A DNA stretch of 64,000 nucleotides from Harriotta raleighana (lineage: Eukaryota). The stretch covers positions 163,360-227,359 of the forward strand of contig JBNZDD010013398.1 of NCBI GenBank assembly GCA_050575255.1, given 5' to 3'. Below, in pieces: positions 58,752-64,000 of the stretch. Both the position numbers and the translations under genes were made by a program. The notes under the pieces are model-generated. The model was not told where the DNA came from and made no database searches. It worked only from the letters and a program-made list of their open reading frames with translations. Numbering within the stretch: position 1 is the stretch's first letter; each line of letters opens with the position of its first letter.

Positions 58752-61157
58752 ATGGCGAATGCGCTCAGCTGCGGGCCGCCTTTGATTTTGCTGTTGTTTG
58801 TCTCGTACCTGGTATCTGGGCAAATTCACTACTTGATTCCCGAGGAACTGGAGCAAGGCGCCTTTGTTGGGAATATCGTTAGAGATTTAGGGATAAAGAT
58901 TGAGAAACTGTCGGCTCGCAAGTTCCGGTTTGTGTCTGATGACAGCCATCAGTATCTGAAGGTAAATTTTGAAAATGGTATTTTATTTGTGAATGAAAGA
59001 ATCGACAGAGAAAAGCTGTGTGGACGGAGCCCGAGCTGTTCCCTTTCCTTTGAAGCAGCGTTTGACAATCCTTTAGAGGTGCATGCTATTGAGGTAGAGA
59101 TTGTGGATATTAATGATAATCCGCCAAATTTTCCGAAAGAAAAAATAAATTTACAGATTGGGGAATGGATTGCACCGGGAGCGAGCTTCCCTCTCGAGAG
59201 TGCATATGATCCGGACGTAGGCCTGAACACAATCAACATTTACCAGATCAGTTCTAACCAGTATTTCGGACTGAAGGTGCAGACCAGAAGCGATGGTAGT
59301 AAACGTGCTGAGTTACTGTTAGAAAAGGTTTTGGATCGCGAGCAGGAGTCTGCGTTTCAGCTCATCCTGATGGCTATTGATGGTGGCAAGCCGCACAGAT
59401 CGGGCACAACTGAGATCACGATCACTGTACTGGATGCCAACGATAATCCACCTATATTTGACCATGAAACGTACACGGCAAATTTACAAGAAAGTTCACC
59501 GATGGGTGTCTTAGTGACACAAATCAACGCTATCGATTTGGACACAGGTGCAAATGCTGAGGTAATATATACCTTCTCCTCGCATTCTTCCAATAGCGTT
59601 ACGAAGCTTTTCCAGTTAGATTCGGAAACTGGTGAGATAACAGTTCAAGGAGTACTCGATTTTGAGGACGCAAACCTATACGAACTTTATGTACAAGCGA
59701 TAGACAATGGTGGGCTTCCAATGACTGGCCATGCGATAGTTGTTGTCAAACTAATTGATGTCAATGATAACGCTCCGGAGATAAAATTTAGATCGATATC
59801 ACGAGATGTAAGAGAAGATGTTAAACTCGGGACTGTATTGGCTGTGATCAGTGTAACTGATGGAGATTCCGGAGAAAACGGACAGGTTCACTGTAAAGTT
59901 CCTATGAACGTCCCATTCAGACTTGAAAATTCTCAAAACAACCAGTACAAATTGGTTGTGGGCGAGGAGTTGGATCGAGAGAGAAAATCCTCTTACAACA
60001 TACCCATTCTAGCCTGGGATGGAGGAACCCCACCGCTGTCAGCAAACAGAACTATGTTGGTGACGGTTTTTGATGTGAATGACAACGCTCCAGAGTTCAC
60101 ACAATCTTCCTATAACGTGTATCTGATGGAGAACAACACTCCAGGGACCTCCATATTTGCAGTGACCGCTTTAGACCTCGATATGGACCAGAATGGGGAA
60201 GTCTCCTATTCCGTTGTAGAGAACCAGATACAAGACGTGTCAGCCACAACTTACATCAGTGTCAGCTCCAACAGCGGGAACATTTACGCGCTGCGCTCCT
60301 TTGACTACGAACAACTAAAGCATTTCCAGATCAAAGTTCAAGCCCAGGATGGTGGGTCTCCCCCAATGAGCAGTGTTGCCCTCGTGAGTGTTATAATCCT
60401 GGATCAAAATGACAATGCGCCATTTATTGTATCACCTGTAACACGGAATAACTCAACAGCAGTGGAAATACCATTACGGTCAACATACCCAGGTTATTTA
60501 GTCACTAAGGTGTTGGGCACTGATGCAGATTCTGGTCAGAACGCACGACTTTCCTATCAGCTGTTGGACGCCACTGATCCGAGTTTGTTCAGTGTGGGGC
60601 TGCTCACTGGGGAGATCAAAACACTGAGAAGGTTGTTGGAGGAAGATGCGCCCACACAAATTCTTGTCATTTTGGTGAAGGACAATGGACAGCCCAGTCT
60701 GTCCGGCACGGCCACTATCCACTTCTCACTACTATCAAATGTCACTGACACTGTGCCTGAACATGTTGACGGATCCAACAATAGGGGCGACTTTTCTAAT
60801 CTAAATTTTTATGTAATTGTCGGTTTGGGATCAACGTCGTTTATATTTCTTGTCACTATAATTCTGCTGGTTGCTATCAAGTGTAAACAGGATAAAAATG
60901 TCACTGAGGGGTACAGATTCACAACCTGTTGTTGTCTGGGTCAGCTGATTCGTGAGGATAACTTTAATCGAAGGCATGCAGCACACCAACCTGTAAATAA
61001 CACCGGAGTTGGAGCTGCAACTTACCATTACAGCATGTGCTTATCGCCAGGGTCATCGAAGAGTGAATTTCTGTACCTCAAGCCCTACACTGCCACTTTA
61101 CCCTACAGTGATATAAGTGTCAGCAACACAACCGTCAGACATGAATTCAAACAGTAA
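58752..61157 (+). CDS. Clustered protocadherin variable-type exon
   Basis: 801-aa ORF, full architecture. Confidence 0.95.
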   Translation: MANALSCGPPLILLLFVSYLVSGQIHYLIPEELEQGAFVGNIVRDLGIKIEKLSARKFRFVSDDSHQYLKVNFENGILFVNERIDREKLCGRSPSCSLSFEAAFDNPLEVHAIEVEIVDINDNPPNFPKEKINLQIGEWIAPGASFPLESAYDPDVGLNTINIYQISSNQYFGLKVQTRSDGSKRAELLLEKVLDREQESAFQLILMAIDGGKPHRSGTTEITITVLDANDNPPIFDHETYTANLQESSPMGVLVTQINAIDLDTGANAEVIYTFSSHSSNSVTKLFQLDSETGEITVQGVLDFEDANLYELYVQAIDNGGLPMTGHAIVVVKLIDVNDNAPEIKFRSISRDVREDVKLGTVLAVISVTDGDSGENGQVHCKVPMNVPFRLENSQNNQYKLVVGEELDRERKSSYNIPILAWDGGTPPLSANRTMLVTVFDVNDNAPEFTQSSYNVYLMENNTPGTSIFAVTALDLDMDQNGEVSYSVVENQIQDVSATTYISVSSNSGNIYALRSFDYEQLKHFQIKVQAQDGGSPPMSSVALVSVIILDQNDNAPFIVSPVTRNNSTAVEIPLRSTYPGYLVTKVLGTDADSGQNARLSYQLLDATDPSLFSVGLLTGEIKTLRRLLEEDAPTQILVILVKDNGQPSLSGTATIHFSLLSNVTDTVPEHVDGSNNRGDFSNLNFYVIVGLGSTSFIFLVTIILLVAIKCKQDKNVTEGYRFTTCCCLGQLIREDNFNRRHAAHQPVNNTGVGAATYHYSMCLSPGSSKSEFLYLKPYTATLPYSDISVSNTTVRHEFKQ

Positions 61158-62421
61158 TTCCATAAAGTAGACGATTATTTGTCCAGGTAGTCGGCCCACC
61201 TTGGATAATATGATTGAAAGATTTATTTGCTTGAGCTCTTCCTTACATCTCTGCAGTCTGTCTTTAATGCTACTGTTGTTTTCTGTGATTGCATATTCTC
61301 TGAATACAGAATTGTTTCAGAACTTGTTGACAGACACTGTAGTACTCTCAATGTCTTACAGGCATTCTCCCCGTAATTGAATGATGGCACTGTGGAAGCA
61401 AACCATCGCATACATTCCAAGTACTAGTCGGGAGTTTTGAAGACTCGTCTTTGAATTTGTAATATATTTGGAAAATATCTGGGAACTGTAAAATATATCT
61501 AATCTAAAATCCAAATGTGTCTACACTAGCCTAAGTATCGAGATACAGTTGGAGGGCATGCAGTTGCTAATGATGATCGTAAAATGACCAATATTTAAAA
61601 ATATCTTTTATAGAATCTAATAAATGGTCGAAAGAGTCACTGCTTTTCGCACCCCAAATTTGGGACCAAAATAAACATATAAATTGCAGACCAATATACG
61701 TCTAGAACCCTCAATATTACGCGAAATATTTTAAGCAGCATTGGTAATATCATTGGTCATGAACAAATCCTTTGTGGTGCAATTTGTTGAAATAAATAAT
61801 GTGGATGCACAATTTGCGGTTGGAATGTCGCTGCTCATTCTTGTTGGCTGATTTTTTTATTTGGTAAAATGGAAGCAATTTAGGTTGTTGCCCATGCTTG
61901 TGTTTGATATAAGTGATATGGTAAGTAGTTTTACGCAGAGATCACACTCTTCAAATGTTAGAAAATACAGTAATATTGTTCTTTGTTATTTCGTCTGTCT
62001 GTTCTTGCACTGAGTACATGTGAAATGCTCATTTCAGTAACCCTGTCACACAGTCCAGATTTCATTCACAGTTTATATCTGTTCTTAGAGCAGAATCGCA
62101 ATATTTACAAAAAATTGATTGACGCACATTTGGTCTTTTTATTGATACATGTTTGGCAATGTTTACATTTTTAATGCACAAAACATTTTATTCCTTGTGT
62201 TTACTCTTCTATTTAGAAAAATATATATATTTATGAAGACACCTCACTTTTTTTGCATCGCTAATACTATGCATTATTCATTTGCGTGCTGAAATGTTCA
62301 TCAACATGTCAAAATAAACTTAATAAAGAAAGTAAATTATTACAGATTGGCTGTTAGAATTTTTATTTCAGGGGTATAACAATCGAGCGTTTTGGTCGCT
62401 CTAGGTCTAGGCAATGCACAA

Positions 62422-62463
62422 TGCAGTTATTGCGCGAGATTCCTTGCATCGCTGTCTAGTAAT
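62422..62463 (+). promoter_or_regulatory. Decayed CSE promoter element of pseudogene
   Basis: tgcagttattgcgcgagattccttgcatcgctgtctagtaat; CGCT kept, both CCAAT boxes broken. Confidence 0.75.
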
Positions 62464-62721
62464 AAGGTGCTGAAACCATGCCAGAGATGTCTCACTCTCT
62501 CTCATTTTCAGTCGCAGATAAGGAGAATCAAGAAAGAGAGAGAGAGTATCTGCTTTTGCACAGTGCTTGTCCGACCCTATTCAGAATGACAGAAGTCAGG
62601 AATCTTTCGGAAAACATTCTACAATTTGATATGTTATCAGCAATGTTTTTAATGTCGATTTGAAATGAAATAAATTGCAGTTTTAGGTGTGCTCTCGTTT
62701 CAAAATCTTATCTTGCAACAA

Positions 62722-64000
62722 ATGAGAAAATTAACAGCGACTGGATGTTGTGTTGGAAAGTCATCTACTCGGTCATTTGCTTGACGTCCCAGAGCTGATA
62801 AGAAGACAAATTGGCTACTACATTCTCGAAGAACTCGAGTTTGGCGCCTTTGTTGGGAATGTTGTTGAGGATTTGTGTATGAACACTCCAGGACTACCAA
62901 TAAGAAACTGTAGGTTGGTTTTTGAGGAAATATAAGAATATGTCGAGGTAAAAGTCAAACCTGGGTGGATATTTGAAAGTGCCGGTAGATAAGAACGGCG
63001 TAGACAAACACCTAACTGTTTACTTTAGTTTGAGAGAACGATGGAAAATACTTTCGAAATGCACAGCGTTCATGTGGAGATATTAGATATAAATGATAAT
63101 CCTCTGAGTTTTCGGAAGAACAACATTTCCTTGCAAATCCCTGCGTTAATAGGACCCGGAGCGCAATTCCCCCTGGGGAGCAAGGAAGTCCAAGACGAGG
63201 GAATGAATGGAACTAACACTTATCGGATAAATTCGTGTGGGCACTTTATCTTGCAAATCCAAAATGTAACTGGTGGTAGATAGGTGATCGGAATACGCTT
63301 ACAGAAGCCGTTAGACCATGAACTGAGTAGAGTGTATAGATTCAGTCTAACGAAAAACACGCTAGGCTGGTGATAAAGTTTAACGCTGATGAAGCCGATG
63401 AGGGACCTTATGGTGAGTTTAGATATTATTTTAGTAATGCTGCCACACAGAAAGTGTGAGTATTGTTAGATCCCTTACACTGGAAAGGTTAGTGCTCAGA
63501 GTTCATTAGATTTTGAAGAAACAAATGGCTAAGAAGTTAACTTGGACGGCTTAGTACATTACCCATGGCAGGATATTCTAATCTTGTTATTGCACTAATT
63601 GACGTGAACGGTATCGCTCCAATTATAAAGTTGATTTATCTATCCAGCACTACCTGGGAATGCGCTGTATCTGGAATTGTGACAACTACAATTATTGTAA
63701 CAGACAAAGATTCTGGGAAGAGTGGGCAAGTCCGATGCCCGATACCTATGAATGATCCGTTTAACCTTTATTCTGTGTTGGATAGTCAATCAAGCTTGGT
63801 CACAAGCAATATGCTGGACCGTGAATTATCCCAATTTTATAATATAACCTTATTTGCCTGGGATGCAGGCTACCACAATCTTATTTTACCACAAATAAAA
63901 CTATCCTGGTGTTCGTGCCTGGTATCAATGAGAACGCGACCCGGTTTGACCAGATCTCATACATTGCATATGTGATGGAGAACAATTCTTACATCTCTTA
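62722..64000 (+). pseudogene. Clustered protocadherin pseudogene, runs off the window end
   Basis: Fragments QIGYYILEELEFGAFVGNVVEDL, VEILDINDN, DKDSGKSGQV, LDRE; multiple stops and an internal deletion near 63350. Confidence 0.9.

Larger units (their letters stand above)
29071..61157 (+). repeat. Tandem array of 10 promoter+exon units, period ~3.25 kb
   Basis: ATGs at 29385, 32609, 36011, 39264, 42511, 45755, 49008, 52261, 55510, 58752; homologous spacers. Confidence 0.9.

Noticed and set aside
16237-61028. Recurrent antisense ORFs within exons (e.g. MSVTFDRSEK..., ..KIPFSKFTFRY)
   Set aside because: Shadows of the homogenised sense-strand codons; lengths and starts vary with no independent evidence
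29071-61157. CRISPR-like or prokaryotic repeat-spacer system
   Set aside because: Repeats are kilobase-scale vertebrate gene duplicates; no cas or other prokaryotic features

Overview
Eukaryotic (vertebrate) genomic DNA containing part of a clustered protocadherin (cPcdh) locus, with all genes on the + strand. The tRNA-SINE remnants and the protocadherin type suggest a cartilaginous fish (inference only). From about 8.9 kb to the window end there are 13 apparently intact ~2.4-2.5 kb variable-type exons (signal peptide, six cadherin repeats, TM, short cytoplasmic tail), three near-full-length pseudogenes (9.5, 52.3 and 62.7 kb) and two small decayed relics (~9.0 and ~24.0 kb). Nearly every unit has a 42-bp promoter element ~280-315 bp upstream of the ATG. 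It consists of the cPcdh CSE/CTCF site with its CGCT core, bracketed by ATTGG and CCAAT. The first ~9 kb is non-coding and holds reverse-oriented CTCF motifs, SINE debris and two single-N assembly overlaps; a third overlap falsely breaks the gene at 32.6-35.2 kb. No constant exons were recognised. Most notable: (i) stop-codon position is conserved while GT donors are not in the 3.25-kb array, implying single-exon beta-like genes; (ii) three divergent paralogues keep a positionally conserved splice-donor-like site after their stop codons; (iii) EC1 and EC5-6 are homogenised while EC2-EC4 vary; (iv) a hidden two-gene 6.5-kb duplication. All comparisons were made by eye; no database searches were run.
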